Assembly (NCBI GenBank): GCA_964035545.1
Contig: OZ037765.1
Coordinates: 11,728,698-11,792,697 of the forward strand
Source of the DNA: Bugula neritina
Taxonomy: Eukaryota > Animalia > Bryozoa
DNA length: 64,000 nt
Direction: 5' to 3'
This document shows positions 33,755 through 48,129 of the stretch, in pieces. A program made the translations under genes and the position numbers. How positions within the stretch are numbered: position 1 is the first letter of the stretch; each line of letters starts with the position of its first letter. The notes below the pieces were generated by a model. That model had not been told where the DNA came from. It saw nothing but the letters and a program-made list of their open reading frames with translations, and made no database searches.

Positions 33755-36700
33755 CTACTCACATGCTAATTTACTATCAAAACTGCTCAAGGCTATAGCA
33801 AATGCTTGCAAAGCACACATTGGATATCTATAATCCATAGTGAACACATCTTCTGCAACTCGGCCAAATTGCATGACAATATAATCCACGTCATTGTCGT
33901 GAACAATTTGAAAATTTTTAACAGAAGCATGAGTGACCCGGCCATGAAAATTAAGCACGTATGATTGAGTTTCCTCATTCCACACAGGCGTTTTGTTGTG
34001 TAGTTCAATAAGATTTTCCATTTGCTTGCGTTTCCATCGGTTCACAATACCTTCATTTTCATTGCTAGGCTGAACTTCCACCCGATCTTGATCCAGGTTC
34101 ATGCCAGGAATTATGCAACTCATTTTTCTGGGACCTTTAAATCCTAAGACATTTGTGTCATACACAATGGCAGCCAACTCCTTCCTAAGACTTTGTCCGG
34201 AGCCTTTGCCGGGAGCCTCACCATTATCAAACACGGTGAACTGAGTGCCCAGCCTATTAGAGCGTAGTTTCCCTACGTAGGTGTCGCTCTCTCTCCCTAA
34301 ATCAGTGGGATCAATAGAGATAAGGTAGTTACTAGTAGCACTCTTTTTACGCTTTCTTCCAGCCAATAGAAAGATTTTTCGGTTATCTTCTCTCTCCATG
34401 TGAAGGTAGTACGTTGGGTACATGGTCCTATCCACTCCCTTCTTATCTCTGGTTATTCTGCATTTAATTTGCGTATGTTGTGCAGCAGGCCGCAATACAA
34501 ATGCTTCCAAGCTGTCAGTTGGATCAAAAGTAGTGTTGAATGCTTCATCCCCTCCACCAGAGGCTAATTCTCTACAAAATTTTTAACAAAAAATTAAACT
34601 TAGCAAAATTTGAGCCTTTTTATCTACGTTAGTTTACATTTTTAAGCTACACTTACTTTTTAAAATGCATTTTATTAATTATAAAACAAAAGTATATAAA
34701 AATTATTAATAATTGAATAACGATTTAGTCAACAATAAAACAAAATTAAATTGAGTTTTATTTTGTAAAAAGTATTGCAGTGTAAGAACTGTTCTGTTTG
34801 TACTTATAGCATATATGAATGCACAGAGCCTCCCTGCAACTTTTCGTTAAAATATATGATTTGCAATGAAAAATAAAATAATAGAACAAAAGTGTAAAAA
34901 CCGAATGTTTACCAGAAATGTATACTAACCGTTTGTTGTTGACTGCAGAAATATCCCGAGTGTTTGTGAATACATCTGGTGGACTACTAGGCTGTGCCTC
35001 CTGAAATTATCACAAAATTAGGGCCATAAAACTTAAGCACATAACATAATAACCTCATAATGAGGCCATTTGTCAAGGTTAATTGATTAACTAGGCTATT
35101 TATGGTTAACTAAGGACTGTGAATTACAGCTAGCTTTCAGATTTTCTAATCTGATCAAAACATCTAGTACACTAGAACTAGACATATAAAAACAAAACCT
35201 CACAGGGGTAACAATTGCTGCTATTCATTTATGCAAGTGTATAATATTACTTCAAACCAAAACCGGTATTGTCTAAGCTGATGTTTATTTAAGGCATTCT
35301 ATAAGATTCTAACATACAATGGTTATACAGCATTTGGCCTACAAATAGTACAAGCAACGTTAACTTTTTATAAGATCTGTTGTATTCCACCCTGTTGATA
35401 ATGGGTAATTAACTGATAACTGATAACAATTTACATCTCCTGACCTCATGTGTAACTGGCACAACCACCTGGCATTTTTACCACCACAATAAAAATCTTA
35501 ATTATAACTGATTCAAACAAAAATTGGCCCAAATTTTAACCTGAGCCATCAAATTTTCTTTATGAAAAAGGCACTGAGACACTGGGCACTAGTTGCTATT
35601 ACTAGTTAACTGGTAACTCTTTTATTAACTCAATTTATAGCTTGCAGCTACTCTAAATATTACATCTACTATGGGAAATGAATTACCACAGGCACAGGTG
35701 TTCACAGCCCTACAATTGAAAATTTTCGAGACACCCCAGAGCTCAGTTGATACTGTAGCTTTTACTGCACAAGTAATCATCTCTTCAATTACTGGCAACG
35801 CAAATCAGCTGAGTAGGGGGCATGTAACAAAATACGACATTGAAAACTAGATGCATAAACATGCAGGAACTTTCATCATAAAAACAATAACATTTTACTG
35901 AGCTGTAGCTGCAGGGCTGAGACTAATATATTTAGTGACTGTGTGTCACCATACTGCTAGTGAAGAGATATGTGAAAATCAATATACTCTATCATATTCA
36001 TCACTCATATTCAGCTTAATTTCCATAAAAACTGATTACTTTAACAACCAGGCAACTAATGACTAAAATCTAAAATAGCTGATGAAAACTTAACATGTCT
36101 TATATACCTAATGACTGAAACGTACCTGAGTAATGTTAGAGTCAGGTATAACTGCTGTCTCCAACTCATCTTCATCTTCAGACCCAAAAGCTTGCTTCTG
36201 TTCGACTACTTGCGCTTTGGGAGGCACAACTTCCTCGGCTTCGCGCCGATTTTTTTTCTTTGATTTCTTTTGCTTTTGTGGTGGAGGCTGTTGCACTGGC
36301 TGCTCTACGGGTTTTGGTGGAGTTTGCATTTGGTTAGTGGATAGATTGCTAGCCTGGCTCTGGGATTTCTTGGGAAGAGAAATATTTGAACTCACAATGT
36401 CACTTTCGGATAGGGATCCATCAGATTCATCTATGACATCAGGTGGAGCCACATTCACTACTTTTACACTTGTACCAACCGGTTCCGCAGTTTCCCCATT
36501 ATCATTGTAAGCTTCCGGATTATCATAGGCATATCTACTTGCACCTTCCGAGGGTTCAGACGAATTATTTACCAGTGGAGTTTTTCCATCTCTCTTTCTA
36601 GCACTTGACACTTCATTTCGCTCAATTTTTCCTAACTGGTGTCTCCGCTTCTTTTTTTCTTGTTGCTCCCTGAGCCTTCGTTGTCTTTCAAGTTGAGCCA

Positions 36701-36776
36701 TCCTCATGTCATTGGCAGGGGAGTCCGATCGGATTTCATTGTCTACCAAGCCAGGAGGTGTTCCCCACTCAGACAT
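33755..36776 (-). CDS. TUB: Tubby-family protein (TUB/TULP), 3 coding exons
   Basis: Exons 36776-36126, 35000-34930 and 34571-33755 join in frame. N-terminal [17 protein letters not shown] segment; tubby domain [33 protein letters not shown], ending FDSKLACE. Confidence 0.95.
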
Positions 36777-38269
36777 AGTAGCACAGGTTTTGCCCTACAC
36801 AATGATTGATATAACAATAATATTTAAGCATATTTAAATATATTTGTTGTTCATGACTTTTAATTTTAAAAATTCAAGTTTACAAATCATAGTAGCCAAC
36901 TATTACATTAAATAATAAATATAAGTAAACAAAGATCTTAAACAGACCAACACCCAGCCTAATTCCAGAGCTATTAACGAGTATTATTGGTAAACATAAA
37001 TTTCTTTGTTGTGTATATATATATACCATATACGGCAACATTAGCAACCACAACCAGAGAATTCTCAAATGAGTCACCTCAAAAATTTAACTGTAAAAAC
37101 AGCAAATATATCAAACCACAATGTCAACCAAAAATAGCTGCCACACCCAACACCAAAAATATGTAGAGACAATACAGACTGAGTCTAAATCTAGTCTATA
37201 CAATCACAGGACACCATTCAACAATCACAATGCTGCAACAAAAAAATGCACTGAACTGAGTAACCGAATGTAGCAATTACAAAATAAGAGCACAGAATTT
37301 GATACAACATAAAAAAATCCTTCAAAAAACTTCATTTAATACGTAAAACAAACGATGCAACTTATGAGTATCAGTATGTAAAACCATTATTCAAATTATT
37401 AAATCAGTTTGAGTTATGAGTTACTGGCCGAAATTTAAAAAGTTGTAATTTTACTACTAGTGTGGCAATAACTACAATTAAAGCTACAGAGCATATAATT
37501 TCATCAATATCAATATGAAGATGGAATCAAAATTAAATCCTAAATTACTATCACTACCAGTATGGGTATCGGCACAAGTATGAGTATCAGTATCACTTCA
37601 AGCGTGAGACGAGTATAACTTAAACTACGAGCCTAAGACTATCACCATTGCTATGAGTACTACATTTCATATCATCGTAACTGAAAGTTTTCACATCAAT
37701 ATTACACATTCACTTTTGTCATACACGGGTATAGCAAAATTTATCGCTCTTACCAAATTTTGCAGAAAGCAGTATTCAATTATTTATGACTATCCAGTGG
37801 AACTGGTAAAAAAAATTGAAGGAATTATAATCGTAGTACGCATGCGTGGGCTACATATTCCGCAGCTGCGCCATAGCAACGTATAAACTTTAATAAGCTC
37901 TACGCATAATCTCATAAAAAATTATTTTTTTATTTTTAGTTATAAACATTTGTTTAATAATTTTTATATTACATTGTAAAAATTTAAAATTCAAAATTTG
38001 TTTTATTGTTTTATGTGTGCAAAGTTTCGAAGCTTTTGCAAAATTGTAGCGATCAAAGCGACTTTCGCAAGTAAATTACTTCCTATGTATCACGCGTCAA
38101 CTATAACCAAGTAATTTCAATTTGAATTTATTAATTGTAATGATTATTCATCATTCAATTTCCTCAATATGATTAGAATAACAATCAATGAATAAAATGG
38201 TTGTACTATTCAATTATTGATTTTAAAATAGTTGTTGTCAATCTCAATTCTCACCATATCAATTACTAG

Positions 38270-39140
38270 TAGTATTACTTATACTTATACTTATACTAAT
38301 ACTTATACTAATACTTATAGTTATAGTAATACTAATAGTAATACTAATACTAATAGTAATACTAATAGTAATACTAATAGTTTAAGTTAATCACTAAATC
38401 TTAATGTTATTATTTATTTACTATTACTATTAGTATTACTATTACTATGTATTACTAATACTAATACTATTAGTATTACTTATAGTTATAGTATTAGTTA
38501 TACTTATACTTTAACTTATAGTTATAGTTATTAGTTATTGCTATTACTATTAGTATTACTATTACTATTAGTATTAGTATTACTATGTATATTACTATTA
38601 CTATTAGTATTAGTAAATTACAATAACAATAAGTATAACATTAACTATAACTTATAGTATAAGTATAACATGATCATTATGATTATGATTAACTTTAAGT
38701 TTAACAACTAACAAATGACATGAAATGTGAATGATGAATTTGAAACAAGAAAAAGAAAAATGAGAAAAGTTATAATATTAATCATAATGTCAATCATAAT
38801 CATAATCAATATTATTATCATTAATATTATTCAATAATCAATATGAAATTGAATACTTGCTAGTTGCTACAAATTGAAATTGAAATACAATATCAAATTC
38901 AATTACAATATGAAATGGAATATGAATTACTGTTACTATTACTATTAGTATAGTAATAAAATACAATATAGACTATAGACATAGTCTTACTTTACTCCTT
39001 AGTATTACTATTACTATTAGTATTAGTAATACTAATAGTAATACTTATGGACATGCCACATGGCACATAGGTAATAAGTTTAAGTTTTACTAATAGTAAT
39101 ACTAATAGTCATACTGTTAATATTATCAGTATTACTATTA
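38270..39140. repeat. AT-rich low-complexity tract with 3/6-nt periodicity (AGTATT/ACTATT/AATACT)
   Basis: Visible degenerate hexamer runs in both orientations. Confidence 0.8.
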
Positions 39141-39736
39141 AAATATCACATTCAAAATGACAGTTAATTTCAATTTGAATGACAATAACTATAAATGAAT
39201 ATCAATATCAAATTTAAAAAGCAAGGTGCTGCTAAGCATATATAAAAATTAAAAACAATAGATTAATACTTATATTGTAGTTTAAATATAATTATATTAA
39301 AATTAAATATAAGCGAATTTAATTTAATATAAATTAAAATATTGAAATGAAAAGGAATTTAGTTTTATAATGACAATATTATAATTAATAGTATACTACA
39401 AGTTAAAGTAAAAATTAAAATACTTATGATTGGATTTTTTATATATCATTTAAATGTAATATTTATAGTGATATTCATATTTTGCTTGTAGTTGTAGTTA
39501 TTTCTATAACTATAATAATAAACACAAGTCTTACTAATAGTATAAAATCAACCTTTGAACACTAGTATTACTATTAGTAAGTTTAAAATTATACTTGATA
39601 AGAGATAACTTATACTATCGGATAACAATCAAATGGGCATAATCACTTCATAATTATTATTATTATAGTTGTCTTTACCTGTAAAACACGTTGTCATGTT
39701 CGTGATATTGTTATTGTTGTTGCTTGTAAGTAACCG

Positions 39737-40170
39737 GGTTACTGTCATTTCGTATACAAAATGGTCGTTTCTTACATAAACTACTGTCCATTTTGTACAC
39801 GAAATGAATAATAGATTACTCCACTAGATAAACACTTGAATGATACTAGTTTACTTGTTTATTGCATTCCAGCATATTTTTCATTTTGAATCAAAAAATA
39901 TATTCAATAACCATTACTATGCGCTGCCATCTACTAATAACAATATCTAAACCAAAAGAGCAGTTTCCCCCTAACAACTACATTTCACAATAATGTGCAA
40001 GTTACTTGTAAGTATTACTGTATGACTCATGCATCAAATAACAAATAAATATAAAAAAGTATGTACTTTAGTTAATTTACATTGATGTGTACGCAACGAC
40101 CTATTAGATGTGTACGGAATGACCCGAAAATGTGGGTACGAAATTACTTGTGTATGAAATGACCTGCACC
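39737..40170. mobile_element. Degenerate TIR element with repeated GTCATTTCGTAC-like subterminal motifs
   Basis: About 3 GTCATTTCGTA(T)AC-like copies at the left end and 4 reverse-complement GTACGAAATGAC-like copies at the right end; no TSD recognised. Confidence 0.5.
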
Positions 40171-40861
40171 TACTAATACCCATACCAAAGAATATCAATA
40201 TGTTTTTTTAAACTGTGAATAAAACACATTTTAGTTGTATTCTTGTTATACACCATCCATATAAAAGAGTAGTTCATTAGTTGTCACTTGTTATTTGTTG
40301 GCATTTCTTTCCATAACCTTTTATCACAATGTAAATAGAAATAAAGCATTTTTCTTGTTATTATTGTTAATGATCATAATTTGCTACTGGTAAATTAAAA
40401 AGATAAACTTTCAAATTAGAATAAGACATTTAGCTGCCATTACAGGATCTATAATGAGATTCTTTTTGTGAGTTTCAACTTATCATGCTACTTCACCATT
40501 TTAAAGCTATAAATTAACTAATACTTTTTGAGATTTTTTTCAACTTCAACTAATCACTAATAATTAGTCTTAGCAACCATTTTATATATTCAGACTTATT
40601 AGCAGTTTAATAATTTTTGTCAGCTACTGGAAGTTTTACAGAGTGGGCTAATAGTGTTCTAGGACTATTTTAGGAGGTTGTAAAAGGTCTTGTCTTTTTT
40701 AGTTTTAAGGGGTCTTTTATATTTTTACATTCTTTTTATATACATTTCAAGTGGGTAGTATATTTTTATAAACAGTTTTTAACAGTCTGGTGTTAAATTT
40801 GCTTGTAAAAGTTTGTTTTATTTTTTTGTAGAAAACGAAAATAAAATTTTGTTCTAAAGTT

Positions 40862-43844
40862 ATGCCACAAGATTCACGAAGAAACTGTCACACAGATGAG
40901 TCTTATCATCCTGATAGATTTCTGAGCATTAGTAAATTCAACACTCAGAATAAAACTACAGTTGTTAGTTCTATTATTATGTCTGTAGATCTTGTTATGC
41001 TCTTAAAAAGTATCCAGTAATACTCCAAAATTGATACTCTAGGAATGTAATCAAACTTATAAGTAAAAATAATTTTAATGTTGATGAAATAATTGTCCAT
41101 TTGAATAACACTTTCTGACTATTATTTAAAAGTTTTATTGTTGTTCATTGTTTGAAATTTTAGATAAATGATAATGGTCTAAGAATTGATGGACGGAGTC
41201 CATCTGATTCCAGGCCTATATGTAAGTAAAAACAATTATTTCTTTTTACCTTGAAAAGTTTTCAGCTTACATCAAAATACCATATTAGAATATGTAAAAT
41301 ATTTCTTTGTTCTCTTCTTTTATTTTTAGTTCTAGAAACTGGTTTTGTCACAAGAAGTAAAGGATCTTCTTACATTGAAATTGGCAACACTAAAGTGATT
41401 TGCGCATGGTGTGTACTAACTAAAGCTACTGTTATTAGCAGTCGAGTTTTCGTGATGATTCTTTTGGCGGTTATTTATTTAGTGTGTTTTAAGCTCTTAC
41501 TGTATTTTTATTTGTTATCAGCTATGGGCCAAAACAATTGCAGAGCAAAGACACTGGCTTAAGAAAAGGAGTGCTGTCCTGTGAGCTGAAGTATGCCAGT
41601 TTCGCTTCTGCAGTGCACAAAACTGACCAAGCCAACATGTTGGAAAAGGAATATTCAGTACTAATGGTGGATGCCCTGAGTCCCTGTATAATACTGGTAT
41701 ATGTCTACGAATCAGTGAATGGTTTTAAATGAATAGATGATGCAGTTACCTAATTATTTTTTTATTGTAATGAAATGTAATTTTATTGTTTTGTGCATAT
41801 AAAAACCTGCATAGAAGGGATATTTCTTCAAATCGTCGAATTGATTTTATTTCTTGTTTATTTTTAGGATCGATTCCCTAAGGCACAAGTGGATATCTTT
41901 GTAACTATTTTAGAAGATGGTGGAAGTGGTATGTAAATTTGTATTTTAGCTGTAGATGAAAATTTATTTATAATGCGATATTTAATATATATTCTTATAA
42001 TTATATTTTAGGATTATTTAGCATAACTTTAAAAGCTCTCATCTCTACTGGCATAGATATCTGTTGAAAATTGCTGTAAATACCTTTTTTATAAGTTAGA
42101 AAACAGGGTGCATTTGTAATTGACAGTTAGAAATGATTCACATGTAACTAGGGTTTCACCAGTCTCACTACTTTATGGATACTTTTGGCTGTGCAATATA
42201 GAGTTTCATTATAACTCAGAAAAATGCTTCAAGTTTTTCATAAAATGACTCCTTTCAACGACTTACCAATAGTGAGAACAGCTGCGTACAATGAGTTATG
42301 GCTAAAATCTCAAACTTTCTATCTGTTGCTGAAGAGCAGTGTAAGCTGCTTACTAAAATGTGTTAATATAATTGTCTATGAGTTCAAGTGTTGAAAATAT
42401 TTGAAAATCTTTTGTACAAACTTTCTTTTTAGCCTCATTTTGTAAATCTAAATTTTTAACCCAACAATTTTTATTTATTGTGCAACACATTGTCAAAGTA
42501 TAATGCTGAAATGTTAAATTAGGTGCTACAAATTCAAATACACACACAATGCCTAATGTTGCCCTCACAATAATATATCCAAGTGCAAAAATAGGCAGCT
42601 AATTTTCAAGAGCATGTCAAGACTGAACACAACTTCAACAGTTATGTGATCTAATGAATATTTTACGCATTTCATTGTTAATTGCACTAAAGTATACTTG
42701 TGTATAACTATCTAATCAAAAAACTAAGTTTGTAGTGCTATAATTTCAATCTAATTAGTTCTGTTGACATAGTACATATTCTGTTTAATCTAATCAATTC
42801 TGGTGACATAATGCATGTTCTCTTTACTTTGTTTTTTAGCTTTCCCTGCTGCAATCACTGCAGCTTCACTTGCATTAGCAGATGCAGGTATTGAACTCTA
42901 CAGTTTGGCTATTGGTGCTTCACTGGTGAGTGAAAACTCTTTACTACTTTAAATTATTGTGCTCAGTTGAGATAGGCTAGTTTCCAACTACTTGTAATCT
43001 TTTAAGCTTTTACACTATTAAAGTTAACAATATATAGTGGTGTCAATTTTATATTAGCAGAACTAATTATTGTGGATTTAATATGTTAACATGATTTCAA
43101 GAGCTGAAAAATCCATATATAGGTTGAATATTTCCTGTGCAATAGCATATCTTGAAAAATCTATGTAGGTTTCCATTTTGGAGTTATCATTACTGGTACT
43201 AAAAATTTTATCAAGAAATGTATGCAACAATTACAACAGCATAATCAGGAAATTATTAACAAAATATGTTTTATTTTCAGCAACAACATAAAGAATGGGC
43301 TCTTTTGGACCCAACTCACGAAGAAGAAAACATGGTAAAATTCAAATTTCATTTTGCCTAATACGACTTTGAATTTTCTTATGCTCTGGTGCGTCCAAAA
43401 AATAACAATACATTTATTTATGCTCAAGGTTTGTTCAACTAAACTAAGACTATATACTTTATAAAGGTGGCGATGCTAGGTGAATGTACAGGATCACTAT
43501 GCATAGCATATATGCCAGGATTATCACAAGTAAGCATGGTGTCTCAACAAGGATATTTAACCCATCAGCGGTTAACACAGGTACAGCTCTCTAAAAGTTT
43601 ACATTATACTTTATTTTAATTTGAAAAATTACTAAAATTCAAGAAAATAATAAGGTCTCATTTTACACAAGGTCTCATCATTAAACATTTGAAAAATTAA
43701 TCTATACAATACAAAACTTGGTTCTTAATTCAGGGGATGGTGACATTGATCGAGTTGTGCAAGGATGTTTCAACACTGGTACGAAGATGTCTGATGAATT
43801 CAATTCAACGGAAAGGTCAACAAGAGAGCAGTGTTGGTGACTGA
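40862..43844 (+). CDS. EXOSC6: Exosome complex component MTR3 (RNase PH family), about 9 exons
   Basis: MPQDSRR start, R.DGR, GSSYIEIGNTKVICA.YGP, LSCELKYASFA, DRFPKAQVDIFVTILEDGGS, AITAASLALADAGIELY. GT-AG exons at about 40862-40960, 41164-41221, 41330-41408, 41522-41696, 41869-41928, 42840-42925, 43281-43335, 43467-43580 and 43734-43844. Confidence 0.9.
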
Positions 43845-43882
43845 TAGCCTCTTACGTCTGCCTTACGAAGCCACTTCTGTAT

Positions 43883-45431
43883 TTATCTTTCTGACATGTC
43901 TGTAATGTTGGGCTTCAAACGCTTGCACAACTGAAGATGGTCTTTATTTTTAATTTGATAGCTATAAAAAATATAACATAAAATATAATCGTATGCATAT
44001 TAAGGATTGAATGCAAATATAGCCAAATATGGTGTTTCTGTCCAACAAATTGTTCATACATGTAAATAAATTTTATAGTATTGAAATCAAAATTAAAAAT
44101 TTACTCTTGAATAGTTTTGTTATTATCAGTCAACTTGTTCCTGTGGTGTACTATCCAATGTTTTCTCCAAAAGTACTTCCAACTAAGGTGTGTAGTGTGC
44201 TTTTTTTGTCTTTCCATGTATCTGCCAACTTGTTTCTCTAATAAAAACAACATAAGTAATCCAATACACTTAAAAAAGAAATAGTGCAACTTACTGTAAA
44301 TATACAAGTCAAACAGGGTACGAGCCTTAATGTTTCACTATTGCTGTTCTATTCATAGTTATTCAACTCAAAACTAATCCGTTAAAATGGCCGAAATATT
44401 AGTTTCAAATTAAGATGGCCATTAAGTTAAACCTAATAATACAGTAATGAAATGAACTGTAAGTTGAAGAAAGAAAGAAATTTTTTTTCATGTTAAAAGT
44501 TGGGAGCTATCCAAGAAAGTTAAAGTACATGGACAAAAAGTTATATGCATGTATATATTTCTCTGATGGCATCATTTAGCACAACCTACTTATTCCTTTT
44601 TGAAAGCAAATGTTTGGTGAGCATCAAAGGTTGCCATCTTCAGTCTAAATGAAGTGAGAACACAGGCGTAGGGAGTTTTCATTTATTGTTATAAGAGGGT
44701 AGAATCTTGTATATAGTTATCATAAGATCAATTTAACAACAAATATGCAGTATAAGAGGTTCAACATGCGCATGCTAACAATATTAAAATGTATTATTAC
44801 CATAGATTATCTGCAACAAGGAAAAAAGCTCTACACTAAAAATGTACCAAAATACCCTGAACTATATATGCTAGAGCCGGAAATCAATTAAAGCTCTACT
44901 ATAATTCAGTGTACCACAATGTTGCCTATCAGAACCAGGGGATATTGCTATCACTTTACCTATTGCAATCTTTAGGTCTTTAATAGTACTTTTATTGACA
45001 ACAGCAAGTTTAATTGTCTCCAGTGGAGGTCTATCAAGATAAAGACTTATGGATTGTCCATATTCTACAGCAATCTGAGACTGGATCTCAATCAGAGTAG
45101 AATCTGAAGGTAGATCAGATACTAGTGGGTCGTCCTATAGCACACACTTATTGCCAGCATACGTGCTTTCTTACAAGCATTCAATAACTGATTTGAACTA
45201 AATACATAGTAGTACTAAACACAAAGTAATATTCAGATGATATTATATTACAAACTAGCAAAGAGGTAACATGATTTAAATTAGCACACGCAAAACATTT
45301 TATGAATTTTAGTAATTTAGCTAATATTAAACTTGTATTTAGAATCATACCTTTATAAGTTCTGCTAATGATGCAGAAACAATGCTACAAATCTCTATAT
45401 GTGACAATTCTTCATCTTCAATTTGTTCCAT
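43883..45431 (-). CDS. SNRNP25: U11/U12 snRNP 25 kDa protein (ubiquitin-like fold), 4 coding exons
   Basis: Exons at about 45431-45351, 45135-44960, 44237-44105 and 43961-43883. Motifs DPLVSDLP...EI.SQIAVEYGQSI, TIKDLKIAI, LSWKYFWRKH, KLTDNNKTI.EYQIKNKD.L...KRLK. Confidence 0.88.
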
Positions 45432-46040
45432 GCCTTTAACCAAACTTTCTCTAATAGTTAAATATTAATTAGAAACATTTTAGGCCAACAATGTAAAAGT
45501 GTTAAAAAGATATCACGGTGTAATATTACTGCAAGATTATATGTCACAGCACACTTTTATATAAAAGTAAAATGTAGAAATAGCTTTTATGTGTTACAGT
45601 GCAAGTAATTAAATTTAAAAAAATTATCCCACATAAAAAGTCGAAACAATGTGTACAAGCAACCAGATAGTTTAATCTTTTTGTGAAATGTAAATCTGCA
45701 GATACAAACACTTTAATGAACAAAGGGTATATTTTAGTTTTTAGCTGCATACGAATCTTTAACTGCTTCAAAAGCTTTTAAAATTTGAAATTAATGTTAT
45801 TCTACACACAGCAGACCTATTTGCTAAAACTGATATTACATATTTGTTAAAAATAACAACTAACATTTTGTCATTTTACAAACAACTTCCCTAAAAACTT
45901 GATCAATACAAAGTTGCTCCTGTCCAAAATCACAAGAAATAAGTCAGTTTTTACATTTCTACTCTGAATACAAAATAAAAAGGAATCTACACATTAACTT
46001 TTACAAGGAAAACTTAAACTTTACATGATAAGTGCTGCAT

Positions 46041-47744
46041 GGGTGTGACTAAAATGAGTGGCCACCGGGTGTCGCGGTCCATGACACCCATTTTAGTCAT
46101 AAGGAGGGGTTTTGACTAGAATGGGTGTCACGAAAAATTTTCGTTTTATTTTCAGATTTTTAGACATTTGTGACTGCTGAAATTGTTATTAAATAAATCT
46201 TCAGTAAATAATTAACGTTTCACAATTGTTTAAACCAAAAAACATAAATAAATAATGATTAAATTAAATTAATTTCAACAAAAACTAAACTTATCGAGAG
46301 TTATCTTTCCTCATCAAAAATTTAATTTTTACTTAATTTTACTGTTATCGTTATGATCATAGACATGCTAACTTATGAAACATATACTTTAAACTAATAA
46401 AGATGTTTTGAGCAATATTAACAAACAAAAATGTCTACAAAATGTGAAAACAAAACTAAAAATCTTCGCGACACCCATTTTAGTCAAAACACCCACCAGT
46501 GACTAAAATGGGTGTCACGGTGATTTTTGCTTTACTTTTAGCTTTCTGGGCGGCTTTGGATACTATAAATTATGTCATGTTGAAACTTTTACTTGCTTTT
46601 ACTATTTAAATTATTAAAATCTCTAATACTCACAAATATTATAAAAAAAATCATAAAAACATAACTAAGAACTAAGGGAAGATAACTCTAGGCAGTGTCA
46701 CTGATAGTTTCGGTTTTTATTATATTTTATTATTATTGTAAATTATTATTTAATACTACTGTCATTTGGGGTGAAACAGTTATTATATATTAAAGTTTCT
46801 CTAAAACTTTGATCAACAACCAATTTAGCAACAAAAATTGCCAAAAAGCTAAAGAATAAAGCAAAAATCACTGTGACACCCATTTTATTCAAAGCACCCC
46901 CCAAATGACTAAAATGGGTGTCGCAAAGATTTTTAGTTTTATTTTCACATTTTGTGAACATTTTTTTTGTTAATATTCCTCTCGCTATTTTTACTAGTTT
47001 ATTGTATATGGTTCCATAGTCAGCATGTCTAGAAACTGAAAAATAACTATGAAATTAAGTTAAAATACATGTATTGAATTCTTTGCGACACCCCCTAGTT
47101 TTTGACCCCAAGGGTTTTCACAATGACTTTAATTTTATTTATTTTTATGTTGCAGTTTCATAACTTTTTAGTTAGCTAAGTAGGTGTGAAAATGCAAAAG
47201 CAGTTTAATGATGTCAATTGTAAAATTATATTTGTTCTCAATGCTAAATGCTGATCAAAAATTCTTGTGACACCCATTTTAGTCATTCTGGGTTATTTTA
47301 ACTAAAATGGGTGTCGCGAAGATTTTTAGTTTTGTTTTCACATTTTGTAGACATTTTTGTTTGTTAATATTGCTCAAAACGTTTTTAATAGTTCAAAGTA
47401 TATTTTTCATAAGTTAGCATGTCTATGATCATAATGATAACAGCAAAATTGAGTAAAAATTAAATTTTTGATGAGGAAAGATAACTCTCAATAAGTTTAG
47501 TTTTTGTTGAAATTAATTTAATTTAACCATTATTTATTTATGTTTTTTTGATTTAAACAATTGCAAAACGTTAATTATTCACTGAAGATTTATTTAATAA
47601 CAATTTCAGCAGTCACAAATGTCTAAAAATCTGAAAACAAAACGAAAATTTTTCGTGACACCCATTTTAGTCGAAACCCTCCTTATGACTAAAATGGGTG
47701 TCATGGACCGCGACACCCGGTGGCCACCCATTTTAGTCACATCC
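46041..47744. mobile_element. Non-autonomous Mutator/foldback-like DNA transposon with ~450-bp TIRs and 9-bp TSD
   Basis: TSD GTGCTGCAT at 46032-46040 and 47745-47753; ends GGGTGTGACTAAAATG...CATTTTAGTCACATCC; no transposase ORF. Confidence 0.88.
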
Positions 47745-48129
47745 GTGCTGCATCAATTACACAATTGATAAAAAATTTGAATGAGACAGTTAGCATTTAA
47801 AAAACCTCTGTCTTTAACATTAAGTTTAACACTTCCTATAAAACTAAGTGATTCTAATATAAATTAAATGACATTGCTCATGTCAACCCTACCAATAGAA
47901 ACGTAAAACTAAATACAAATATATGTTATTATTATTTCAATATTTTTCAGCTTCAAGTTCATATGCTAAAAGTCACCTATCAACACATTTACACCTTTAT
48001 ATCATAAACATACATTTATATAGTATAAGTTGAAAGTATATAGTTATACATTTAGCAATAACTTGAAAATTTACTCAAAATAAAAATGAGTGTCGGGGAT
48101 AACTAGACCATAACCATTAAGTAATTTAG

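Noticed and set aside
46038-47747. CACTA/Chapaev-type boundaries (CAYGG ends, 3-bp TSD CTG) for the foldback element
   Set aside because: A perfect 9-bp duplication with G-starting long TIRs is much less likely by chance and fits Mutator-like elements.
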